DNA of 63,763 bases, the filler included, from Folioceros fuciformis (Eukaryota), in the NCBI GenBank assembly GCA_049999805.1. It is 8 parts of 8 records of this genome, joined end to end, with 100 filler letters (N's around TTAATTAATTAA, not from the genome) between each part and the next. Parts side by side here need not be neighbours in the genome. Positions count along the whole stretch, not along the records: positions 1 to 16,204 come from JBNGIO010002886.1; 7 more parts are not named here. One strand, written 5' to 3'. Made by a program: the position numbers and the translations under genes. Shown one piece after another: positions 1-10,617 of the stretch (position 1 is its first letter; each line of letters opens with the position of its first letter). Under the pieces are notes generated by a model. The model made no database searches. It saw only the letters and a program-made list of their open reading frames with translations, and was not told the DNA's origin.

Positions 1-69
1 GTACGAAGGGTGTGCAAACTGCAAGTTTGCACACTCTTTGTGTATGAGCTTTGTACACTCCAATGGCCT

Positions 70-600
70 AACACTACAAGTGGTACAACATGCATTATAT
101 GGTGCTTCGAGCTGTATGTGACAATCGAAAAATGTTATGGACATGTGGTAATAGCCTAGGAGGTTCAAATGATGTTGGTGTTCTTAGGAACAGTAGTTTA
201 TGACACGACTTGTGACTAAGTGAATTTTTGCAAGGCCGATTATTCAAGTTGAGGGTCTGCCTATTTCTCCATACATTATTGGTGATTCTGCATTTTCGTT
301 GTGACCTTTTCTCATGGAGGGCATTAAGACACCTATAGATGTAGAATAGAGAGCCTTCAATTCATGGTTCTCTTCTGGAAGATTTCTTATTGCTTTAAGA
401 TACCTATAAATGTAGAATAGAGAGCTTCAATTCATGATTCTCTTGAAAACTAGTGATTGAAAATGCATTCTCCTTGCTAAAGAATAGGTGGAGAATCTTT
501 AAGAACTTCAATGCCCGTATGTAATATGCAACAAAGATGGTAGTTGCTTGTTGTGTGTTGCACAATTTTTGCATTTTGGCTAGGGAATTGGATATGTCGA
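70..600 (+). pseudogene. PIF/Harbinger-type DDE transposase remnant (HARBI1/DDE_Tnp_4-like), C-terminal half
   Basis: Manual translation gives MVLRAVCDNRKMLWTCGNSLGGSNDVGVLRNSSL..., PYIIGDSAF... and VIENAFSLLKNRWRIFKNF...MVVACCVLHNFC, which are characteristic Harbinger transposase motifs. Interrupted by stops and a ~45-bp internal duplication (331-375/402-445). Confidence 0.85.
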
Positions 601-784
601 AACGACAATTGCATGAGTTTCCCTTACCACATAACAAACCAGGCATCTTGATTGATGTGGAGGGGATGCCTTGAAGACCTTAGCAAACATTCAACACCAT
701 GCTCTCCTTTAACATTGGCGTAGATGAAGACAACACAAGAGAAGGATTCCCATTGATAGTTGAGGTCAAGTATTTAAAAGCACC

Positions 785-1495
785 TTCTAATCCAAACTTT
801 CACATCCCTTGGCGTGCAATAAAAGCATTTTTTAGACATGATGATGATACCATCTTGTAGAGCTCTACAAGATAATGCAAAGAAATTTACATAATAATGC
901 ATGGAACAAGCATGAGTGCCCTTGAAATTTTGCCAACGTTTTTTAAAACCAAACTTCTAATCCAAACTTTGGCGTCTCATTTTATGCAATAAAAGCATTG
1001 TCCAAAAATTATAAGGATACACTCTGAAGAAATCAACAAGCTCTACAAGATGATATAAAAAAAATGTACATAAAAAGGCATGAAATGGGGCTAAATGACC
1101 TTAGAAGTTTACTATCTTTTTTCAAAACTAACCTTTTGATCGAAACTTTGGAGTCTCATTTTATACCTTAAAATCATTTTCAAGACATACTGAGAATATG
1201 TCGTCTTGTAGAGCTCAATGATATAAAGAAGATGAAATAAAGATGCATAGAACGGAACTTAATGCCCTTGCGAGTCTATCAACTTTCTACAAAATCAAAC
1301 TACGAATCTAAACTTTAGGGTTTCATTTCATGTGGTAAATGCACTGTCTAGACATAGGGATATTATTTTGTAGATCTCAATGAACTCTACAAAATTATGT
1401 AAAGAAGCTGAAATAAGAATGTGTAAAACATGACTAAATTCCCTTTCAAGTTTTTCAATAGTTTTGAAAATAAACATTCTGATCCAAAATTTGCA
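785..1495. repeat. Degenerate tandem array of ~170-180-bp units (about 4 units), probably DNA-transposon internal/subterminal repeats
   Basis: Units restart with ttctaatccaaacttt-like motifs at ~785, 955, 1134, 1302 and 1477. Each carries a ttgtagagctc/ctctacaa (semi)palindromic core. Confidence 0.65.
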
Positions 1496-4151
1496 GAGTT
1501 ATGAAGTAGTAAGTATAAAGAGGACAATAAGTATGAGGAAGCACCACCTATGAATAGGAGACCTGCGAAGCGCTACCTACACGACTGTGAATCAAAACCT
1601 TACCAATGCACAACCATAAAAAAAAAAAAGTCACTCGCCAATCTAATACTTGCAAAAAAAAAGGCCACACACTCTGATCATGTGAACCCGAGATTAGTAG
1701 TGAGTAGAGAAACGGAAGGGATGGTGCTACTTTATGAAAACTCTGGACTAACACCAAATGTGTGTGGTGCCATTTACAAATGCATGCACCCTCACATGGT
1801 GTAACATCTTGTCATAGGTTTCAACAAAAGTCACGGGCAGTTAGATGTAGAAAGGAAATGCTTACTCCCTCACTTAACAAAGAATAGAGTTTGCATTGAC
1901 AATTTATGTGTCACACGTACATGGGAGTCTTGTTTGAGTAGTGCACTCATCATATGCAAACCTTGGCGCACATTGGATCATAGCCTTCACTTGCAAAGCT
2001 TACAGTATAGTCGAGATTTTCTACCTACGGTGTGAGGTAAGATGTTTTGTTGGAAGGAGAACCGAGGGAGAGCATGGAGTCTTGACCCCTAAGCAAGCTT
2101 GCAAAGGTGAAGGAGGAAGGTGATGTACACAGAGTTGCTATTGGGAAACGAAGAGGAGGAGAGGAGGCAAATGGAACTATAAGGACCTCCACAAGAAGCT
2201 CGAATCCTCCCGGCATAAGAAGCCCTAGTCCTCCCGGTATAAGAAGCCCTAGTTCTGCAATCTAACCCCACTTCTTTATCACATCACTTCAATGCACTTA
2301 CAAAGGAGGGACAAGTTCTACCACTGACTTATTGGTGGCAAGGCATGACCTGTGGGAAGTTCTTTATATTAGGGAGGAGGTAGAGTTGAAAGAAGTTATG
2401 TAAGCAATAGCAAACAAAAAAGAGATGAGCTCTTTATGGCTTAATGTTTAGGGTACAGGTGAGAGAAATTGGACTATGGTCAGATGAAGAGAAAGCTCCG
2501 AAGTCCCTAACACCATCTCCAAGACACATCTCAACCTTTGAATGAACCAAGAGCATGGAATTTTTTTTAGTAAAAACAGTAAAGATCAAATACATTGCAG
2601 AAGAACCTACTAAAGGTTATGCGACTAAGATAGGGATTTTCGTTACTTCTCCATTTCATTGGTCGACTTTACCATTAACATAAGCCTGCTAATTAAAACA
2701 CTCTCTTAACTTAGGCTGTGTGTGAATCCATTACCCTCCTTAAGCTTCTTTCACTTGCATAAAACCAACTTGAGTACAATCTTTGGCCTTTAATTAAATG
2801 CGTCCAATCTCTTTGCTTTGATTGATGCAATGATATCTCTCTCAAATTGTGATTATTTTATGTTGCTACATTATGCACAATTTGCACAACAAGACCTTAC
2901 CAAAACATGCATCTTTTGCACAATAGGACCTTACTAGAACATGAATCCTTGCCAACATACAATAAAGCATTTCAATTTAGCCACAATCAAAAGAGACAAG
3001 AGGTCCATAGCGAGCCCTAGTAGTTGGAAAAAGGGCCACTTAAGGTTTTGCATAGCTATGCATAGAAAGAATTTGATTCAAATCCTTTCAAGACCAATTT
3101 CTATTGTTTGTTAAGGACCCCTTATAAACTTGAAATTAGCAAAGATCATTTACTCAATTTAATTTATTATTAACCTATATTAGGATTAAATTTAATTGAA
3201 CCAATATTTAAACAAGATCTAACACGGTTATGAGTCAATTGAAATAAGGAGATTATTTCAATTAATTTGAACACTAAAATGAACTAGCATTCGAAAACCC
3301 AAGGTTTGACAACCAATGAGGTTCAAAACGAAATCCCAAGGGTTGACTAACAATGATGTTCAAATAACATTACAATGTATACATGATATTTTGAACACTA
3401 GCCATCGTTCATATTGGGCGGTCTTCTATGAGCATGATGTCTAACCCTAATCCCTATAAACTAGTAGCACCCTCACATATCAAAATTGTTGATTCAAACC
3501 CATCGAGTAGAAGATCATGAACATGTGAAAGCTTGTATGTTGGTTCAAACCCATTAACTAGTCATCGTGGACTCTTGTATTGTAAAACTGTTGTTGGAGA
3601 ACGCACATTTCCTTGTCCTCCACTCTTACTCCGTAAAATCGTTGTACCAAGATACGCATTTCTCTGTCCTTCACTATGCACAGTACAAACCAACATGAGT
3701 GCAAGTGCATGAGAAAAACTTATGTAAGAGGGAAACACAATATTACATGCCTTACCTATACTGCATGGAGGCAAGTCCCACCCGGGTATTCCTGCGCCTA
3801 AGTACTGTTAAGCATGATTAATGTTGAGATTAATTAGTGCTAATCCAGCTTATTGAGTTTGTGCTAATTAGTGGTAAGAGTGATTAAGGTTATGATTAAT
3901 ATATATCTATAGCTAATAGACTTTGCTATGTTAGGCAAAAAAAGTATTGTAGGGTTTGGGGTCATTTATCCCATATTGGGCACGAAATGAGAGTGCCACC
4001 CATAGGTCCATAAAAGAAGGGATGAACCCACTTAGTATTTGCAGTCTAACTCCCTCTTCACTTGTATTGTGTTGTTTTTGTAATTCTCCTTTTTATTTGA
4101 GTTTAAGAGCCTTGTTATAGTGCTCTTAGTTTTGGGATTCTGCATCTTGCT

Positions 4152-4469
4152 TCAACTAACTTGTTTTAACCTCCTTTGAGCATGGCGGGGGTGACATCTC
4201 AACAAGTACTGCATTACCCGTTCAAACTTCTCATCCAATGCAATAAGAGCATTGCATTCTGCGGATGACCATTTCAAAGCAGGGTTACAACGTATGCGAT
4301 TCTCCATAAGCCAGATGCTCTCCTCATTTTTGTCATTGGTCAAATACTTCTTCGCCAACTTGACTAGTTGTGCCAATTCGGGCTTTTCGGGGGCCCTTCC
4401 CCAAGGCTTGAGTCTCCTCCACTTATCCACATGTCTCATCACTCGAGCTCGTTTCATCTCGTAGGCCAT
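4152..4469 (-). CDS. Small basic hypothetical protein (105 aa), possible orphan gene
   Basis: Intact ATG-to-stop ORF with aaacATGGcc start context, a pyrimidine-rich leader and a CTATAAATA box ~100 bp upstream. No recognisable domain. Confidence 0.4.
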   Translation of the reverse strand: MAYEMKRARVMRHVDKWRRLKPWGRAPEKPELAQLVKLAKKYLTNDKNEESIWLMENRIRCNPALKWSSAECNALIALDEKFERVMQYLLRCHPRHAQRRLKQVS

Positions 4470-4567
4470 GTTTGCAGAATGAAAAGAAACCGAGTGAACT
4501 AGAATAAAATGAAAATAAGTGAGCTAGAATGGAATGAAAGTGTGTGAGAATACACCAACCTTGACTT

Positions 4568-4576
4568 TATTTATAG
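4568..4576 (-). promoter_or_regulatory. TATA box upstream of the 105-aa ORF
   Basis: Minus strand reads gcCTATAAATAaag, followed by a tctcacacac initiator-like stretch. Confidence 0.45.
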
Positions 4577-5170
4577 GCAAAGGCAAAACCCTAAGTTTCA
4601 CAAATAATAGTAGTAATAGTATCTAATAACTCAATATTTCATTTATATATATAAATAGAAGATATTAAAACAAAGCTAGGTGCCCAAAGGTTTCTCCCAA
4701 TAAACTACATACCAGGAATGGCAGGTGTGGAAGCTGTAGATAGTAACTTAAAATGTAAGGTGAGGAAAAGCCTCCAAGTTCCCCTTCCCATTTTCTTTTT
4801 CTCCACGTGTATTTTTTTAGTTCCAGAGTTTGCCAGGTTCAGAGCAGTGACTAGGTTTTGGAGGAGAGTTGTTTAGCTATTGTGAATTTCAACTCTGAGC
4901 TCAGGGCCAAGGCAGGCATTGCTTGCAAGAACGCTTTGCTTAAAATTTTGAAGGTATGTGGAGCATTTGCGAATCGTCCGCAAGGACTTATGGATTTGAG
5001 AGCTGGTTGTTCTTTCAAGGTGCCGTGGATCGGCGGTTGCCTGCCTCCGTCGTCGATCGTGTGTCCTGTCCCTGGCGTTTCTGAGTCCATGTTGGAGTCC
5101 CTGGCACCCTTGATGTAATTGCACGATCGGTTGGGTGTGGGACGTACCTCTGATGTGAGGGAAGGACAAG

Positions 5171-7291
5171 ATGGGCAGCCGTGTGATTCATCTGAGGCTG
5201 GTCGGTAGTAGGTTGCTGGGCTCATGGCGAAATGCCAGGACTTGGAGCAGCGTGAAGGATGAGTGCAGGAGTTATCTTGAATTATCCCCTGCGGTGGGAT
5301 CTGGGAACTGTGGTAGGAGGTTACCTCCGAGTGAATGCCCTCGTGCTGAGCTTGCCAATGCTCTGTCACCATGGAATTCCAGTACGGGTGCTTTGTCACT
5401 TCACAGCTCAGGCTTTAGCACCCTGGCTGAGCATGGGTTGAACCCTGCCCATAATCGGAATGCAAGATCTCCTCTACATACGAATGTATCGTCGGTGGTC
5501 GCTGATGTTGATAGTCACGACAGCCCTGACGACAGCAGTTCGGCCTTCCTGGAAGAGGCTATGAGACATGAGGCCATGATGCACGCAGCGGCTGCTGGAA
5601 TGGCTGCCCCGGTGGACTGGCAGAAACAGCGTGTCAAAATTAGGGAACTGGAAGATACATCCAGAATTCAGCCTGTGGATCCTCCCACTCTAGACGTTGA
5701 ACCAGCGGATGTCTACATTCCTGTCAAGGCCTTTTATATTTCGAGAAGGTCAGCGACGCTTATTAACAATTTGATTGGTGAGGTTTCTTGTCCTGAACCT
5801 TGGGCACACTCGTGGCTAAGGTCAGCTGGCCTTGGGATGTTGCAGCGTGGACCTCAAGGGCCTGGCAGCGGAACCGTTTAGTGATGTCACGGTCGCCAGG
5901 AACAATCTTATCATCAGATGCACGGACCGACCGCCTGGGTCATCAGCAGTTTTGAGCAATCCAGTACATTTTTCGTCCTGTATCTCCCTCTAATCCTGAA
6001 TACCGTGCATAGCCTAGTTTTGAGTACCTGACTAGCTATCTCGTTCTGCATGATCTGCTACATTTTCAACTTTGAGGGATGGTTGGGTCTCGGGAACTTT
6101 GCTATGCTCGAGCGTGAGCAGCTCTGGCTGGTGTTCATGAGGGGTGAACTGGTGTGACAGGGGAATCCTGCTGTGAGTGAGAGGTATATGGTAGCGTTTC
6201 AGTACGGGTCAGTGGTGTTTTTCAACTTTCGGGATCAGGAAGAAGAGGACTCGTTGGATGCTGTGCGGAAGTATTGCACGGATCAATTTCGTGAGTCAAG
6301 AAAGGACGGTATGAGCATTTTTACTGTTACCTGTAAATACAAGGTGCACGTCGTTAGATGAGTCCCACAGTTGTGACTTTCAGCTGAAACCTCCGGGTGC
6401 AGACTATGGGGTGGTTGTGAGACCAACGCTGGCGAGTTGGAGTGAGGGAGGCCATGACAGAATCATGTTGAAGAAGCTGGATACGGACAACATTAGAGTG
6501 ATCTCCAGTATCCTCGGGCAAAGTATTGCCCTTGATCATTATGCCAAGAAGGTGAACTGTGTTTGGCAACTCTCTATGTCTTCTAACTCCTTATCCTTGA
6601 TGCTCTTCAAAGAGATGAAGGTCAGTGGCTAACACGGTGGCTGCAGGTAGATGAGATGGTAAACACCTTCAGTGAATTGAACCGAGGAATGGAGCAAACT
6701 GGTACTTTTACGATGACCCGGAAAAAACTGTTTCAGCTTGTCGCTGCTGCAAACACAACTTTGGCAGATGTCATCCTTCGTCTTGGTCTGTTGGAGAGGT
6801 ACGTTTTTGTTGGACACTCTGCTGACCTTAGTGTTTTCTTTCGAACTTGTGTTCCCCTCTATGGCAACATCACTTGTTGAACGTGCACGCATGCATGTGT
6901 ATTCACATTGTGAGCTCAGACTTTGTTAGCTCTGTTCATCAGGTCAGATGCAGCATGGAAAGATGCAAACTATGCTCAGATCTGGGAGTATCTGAGAGAC
7001 GACTTCGAGCTGGATGAGCGATTTGAAAGTCTTGATTTTAAGCTTAACATCATTCAGGTTGTCCTTCAATTGCGGCTCGATATGGTGCAGCACGGACTCA
7101 GTATTGTGGTAACCTGACATCAACTTATAGTCATTCTGTTCTTGTTGTCGTTGCAGCACAACGTCCGGTTCTTCCTAGAGATACTACAGAATCGGAAGTC
7201 AGATACACTGGAGTGGATCATTATCCTCCTTATTACGGGAGAAATTTGTGTTAGCTTGTACGACATTCTTCACACCGCAAAAGTCCTATGA
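5171..7291 (+). CDS. DUF155/RMND1-family protein (plant RETARDED ROOT GROWTH / RRG-LIKE type), likely mitochondrial; 7 exons
   Basis: Exons 5171-5748, 5846-5963, 6161-6308, 6403-6551, 6647-6798, 6943-7057 and 7157-7291 have GT..AG introns in compatible phase. Spliced peptide contains IPVKAFYISRSVDLK, YMVAFQYGSVVFFN, SILGQSIALDHY, KLFQLVAAANT, IWEYLRDDFELDERF and KSDTLEWIIILLI. N-terminus is Arg/Ser/Leu-rich and transit-peptide-like. Confidence 0.92.
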
Positions 7292-7803
7292 CAGGTTGGT
7301 TTGGGATCCCGTCTATTGAAAGGAACAAGTTTGTCGGCAGACAGGTTGAAGGGCACTGGGCAAACGTTATCAGAAATATCACGAGAATATTTTAGACAAC
7401 AATTTTAGAACCTGAGTTGAATTAGTTGCCGAGTAGCCAACCAGGCCACTGAATCAGTGAATTCACTCTTTAGTTGAAGTACAATCCCATTTTTTCCATC
7501 ACATCTTTTGCTGAGTTGTATAAATGTTGGGAATGTATTCCCGCCAACTTATTCCGGAATCACATTCCTAAAGCCTTGAAAAATAGTGTCTCGTACACAT
7601 TTTCTCAGGTACTTGACCAGTTTGGAGACCTGAGCATCGTGCAACGCTTATGTGATATTCCGATGTTTACATCACAGTGTGTTCTTTGGTTACATCACAC
7701 GTAGTCGATTGTCGCTGGGAGAGCAGAACGCACCTTCCTTTCTGTAATGAGAAACGTCCGCAGGTGACGAGTACAAATGTTGCAAATGTTCTCCTTCCCT
7801 GAT

Positions 7804-10617
7804 TCAGGAAAACAACAGTGTCCTACTTCTCTTGGGATGGTTCTCATCTCCAGCCAAAAAACTATGCACCAGTCCATCCATGTCCGTCCACCAGCTCAGG
7901 CCTGGCTGCTTCCGAGCCAGGATCGTTGTCCTTAGCTCCTGCATGCTCTGTGCCTGCTCCCACATCTTGGCACCAGTGTAAATGTTCGACATCAACACAT
8001 ATGCTGCGGCATCTCTGTCATCTAGCTTCACTGCTTGGTCGAAAGCATAGCGTCCCACCTTCACATTGCTCCACTTCTGACAGGCACCCAGCAAGCTGTG
8101 CCAAACTCCGGCACCAGGCGGGAAAGGCATTGCTCTCACCATAGTTAATGCCTCTTCCAGGTGGCCTGCACGTCCCAGGAGATCCACCATGCACGTGTAG
8201 TGCTCCTCTGTAGGGGTGATGCCGTACTCTGTGCTCATAGACTCAAAGTAAGCTCTCCCCTTGTCCACTAGGCCCACATGACTACAGGCTGCTAGTACAC
8301 TGAGGAAAGTTCTACTGACTGGGTGCATGCCATCCTCTCGCATTCTCCGGAGCAAGTCAAATACCAATTCACTTTCTCCTTGAAAGGCGTAGCCTGCAAT
8401 CAGTGCACTCCAGGTGACAACATCTCTTAAAGGTAACATATCAAATACCTGCTGCGCATCAACCATGCTCCCAGACTTTCCATACATGTGTATCAAACTC
8501 CCAGCTACAAACAAATCAGCTTGAAGTTCTTGTTCTTTGATCTGCTTGTGTAGCCGCCTTCCCAGATGCAAAGCTGATACATTTGCACATACTTGCAGCA
8601 GGCACACAAATGTCACGCGATTGGGTACAGCCATGCCTTCATGCTGCAAGAAATTATACAGTAGAAGGGCTTCCTGGTTCATGCCCTGCTGGGAATACCC
8701 TGTAATTAGAGCATTCCATGTCACCGCATCCTTTTCACATAGTCTGTCAAACAGGTTCCTCGCAGCTTCCAAGTTGCCACACTTGGCGTACATACTCACC
8801 AAACTATTCGCCACAGACACTTCAGCTTGGTGTCCTTGTGCTCTAATCTCTGCATGAAGCTGCTTCCCCTGTTCCAACGCCGGTGGCCCCAGGCTTGCAC
8901 ATGCATGGAGGAGGCACACAAATGTCACAGGGTTGGGTACAGCCAAACCACCATCTCGCATAGCCATGTAGAGACGAAGGGCTTCCTGCCCCATGCCCTG
9001 CTGGGAATACCCTGCAATCATGACATTCCACGTAACCACATCCTTTTGGCATAGTCTGTCAAACAATGACTTAGCATCGTCCAGGCTGCCACACTTTGCA
9101 TACATATTCACTAAACTGCTGGCTACAAACATATCATCTTGATATCCTTCTTGTCTGACATGAGTATGAAGCTGCTTCCCCGTCTTCAACGCTGATTTGC
9201 CCAAACTTGCACATGCCTGCAGGAGGCATACGAGCGTCACAGAATCGGGAACGGAGATGCCTTCTTCTTCCATAACACTGTAGAGACGAAGGGCTTCTTG
9301 CCCCAGGCCCTGCTGGGAATACCCTACAATTAGAGCAGTCCATGTGACCACCTCTTTCTGACCAAGTCCGTCAAACACTCTCTGAGCATCTACCAAACTG
9401 CCACACTTTGCATACATGTTCACCAAGCTACTGGCGATAAACAAGTCTTCGTCACTACCTCGTTCTTTAATCTGCACATGAAGCAGCTTCCCTATCTCCA
9501 ATGCCGGGGGACCAACATTTGCACATGCCTGCAGGAGGCACACAAACGTCACGGAATTGGGTACAGCTATGCCTTCCTCTTGCATTCCACTGTACACATG
9601 GAGGGCTTCCTGCCCCATGCCATGCTGAGAGTATCCTGCGATCATGGCAGTCCAAGTTACCACATCTTTTTGATCGAGCCCACTGAAAAAACTCTGAGCA
9701 TCTTCCAAGCTGCCACACTTTGCATACATGTTCACCAAACTGCTGGCTACAAATGCATCAGCTTCGTGCCCTTTTTCTCGGATTTCCGCATGAAGCTGCT
9801 TCCCCGCCCCTAGAGCTGGAGTTCCCACACTTGCACATGCCTGTAGGAGGCACACAAAAGTCACAGACCCGGGTGCAGCGATGCCTTCTTCTTGCATGGT
9901 ACTGTAGAGTCGAAGGGCCTCCTGACCCATACCCTGCTGGGAATATCCTGCAATCATGGCATTCCACGTTACCACATCTTTTCTATCAAGTCTGTCAAAC
10001 ACTCTCTCCGCATCCTCCAAGCTGCCGCACTTTGCGTACATGTTCACCAAGCAATTCCAGACAAACAAATTGGGCTCAACGCCACTCGACACCACATCAC
10101 CATGCACCTGTTTCCCAGTCTTCAAGTCCGATCGTTTTGCACAAGCCTGAAGAGCGGCCACGAACACATGGTTGTCTGGCTTCATTCTTGACCTCCTCAT
10201 CCGCTGATAAAGTTGTATGGCTTGTTCGTCTTGCCCTTGTTTCACATGCGCAGAAATTATGGCTGACCACGTGTAGGCATCGGGCTTATCAACCACTGCA
10301 AACACATCCATTGCCTCTTGTAACCTGCATTGAGAAGCATACATTCGAAGGATTTGGTTGCACAGGAACGTGTCCGATTGGTACCCTCTGTCCACCGTGA
10401 AGGCATGCACGCGGCGGCCCTGTATAATATCCTTCTTGACTACACATTGCTTCAAGACAGTGCAGAACAGGTATTTCGAAACACAACAGTCTGCCTGCAA
10501 CAGAACTCCCAAAGCCTCAACAGCGTGAGTGAGCCTTCCTTCATGACATAGCTTGAGCACGGTCACAACCGTTGCGCCACTTTCCAATCCAACAGGCCTG
10601 CCAGCGCTTGGAGCCAT
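7804..10617 (-). CDS. PLS-class pentatricopeptide repeat protein (organellar RNA-editing factor), E1-E2 plus WW-type PG box, DYW catalytic part absent
   Basis: 937-aa intronless ORF with ~7 P-L-S triplets (VVTWNAMIAGYSQQG / TFVCLLQACA / SSLVNMYAKCGSLEDA), then HYTCMVDLLGRAG, VWHSLLGAC, AYVLMSNIY and PGLSWWTDMDGLVHSFLAGDENHP. Confidence 0.95.
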   Translation of the reverse strand: MAPSAGRPVGLESGATVVTVLKLCHEGRLTHAVEALGVLLQADCCVSKYLFCTVLKQCVVKKDIIQGRRVHAFTVDRGYQSDTFLCNQILRMYASQCRLQEAMDVFAVVDKPDAYTWSAIISAHVKQGQDEQAIQLYQRMRRSRMKPDNHVFVAALQACAKRSDLKTGKQVHGDVVSSGVEPNLFVWNCLVNMYAKCGSLEDAERVFDRLDRKDVVTWNAMIAGYSQQGMGQEALRLYSTMQEEGIAAPGSVTFVCLLQACASVGTPALGAGKQLHAEIREKGHEADAFVASSLVNMYAKCGSLEDAQSFFSGLDQKDVVTWTAMIAGYSQHGMGQEALHVYSGMQEEGIAVPNSVTFVCLLQACANVGPPALEIGKLLHVQIKERGSDEDLFIASSLVNMYAKCGSLVDAQRVFDGLGQKEVVTWTALIVGYSQQGLGQEALRLYSVMEEEGISVPDSVTLVCLLQACASLGKSALKTGKQLHTHVRQEGYQDDMFVASSLVNMYAKCGSLDDAKSLFDRLCQKDVVTWNVMIAGYSQQGMGQEALRLYMAMRDGGLAVPNPVTFVCLLHACASLGPPALEQGKQLHAEIRAQGHQAEVSVANSLVSMYAKCGNLEAARNLFDRLCEKDAVTWNALITGYSQQGMNQEALLLYNFLQHEGMAVPNRVTFVCLLQVCANVSALHLGRRLHKQIKEQELQADLFVAGSLIHMYGKSGSMVDAQQVFDMLPLRDVVTWSALIAGYAFQGESELVFDLLRRMREDGMHPVSRTFLSVLAACSHVGLVDKGRAYFESMSTEYGITPTEEHYTCMVDLLGRAGHLEEALTMVRAMPFPPGAGVWHSLLGACQKWSNVKVGRYAFDQAVKLDDRDAAAYVLMSNIYTGAKMWEQAQSMQELRTTILARKQPGLSWWTDMDGLVHSFLAGDENHPKRSRTLLFS

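Noticed and set aside
5171-5881. 236-aa single-exon ORF as the whole gene
   Set aside because: Homology leaves this frame at the 5748 donor, so the tail is intron read-through.
7695-7877. ICNICTRH as a frameshifted DYW CxxC
   Set aside because: No HSE/HAE motif or DYW-like terminus, and the spacing does not fit.
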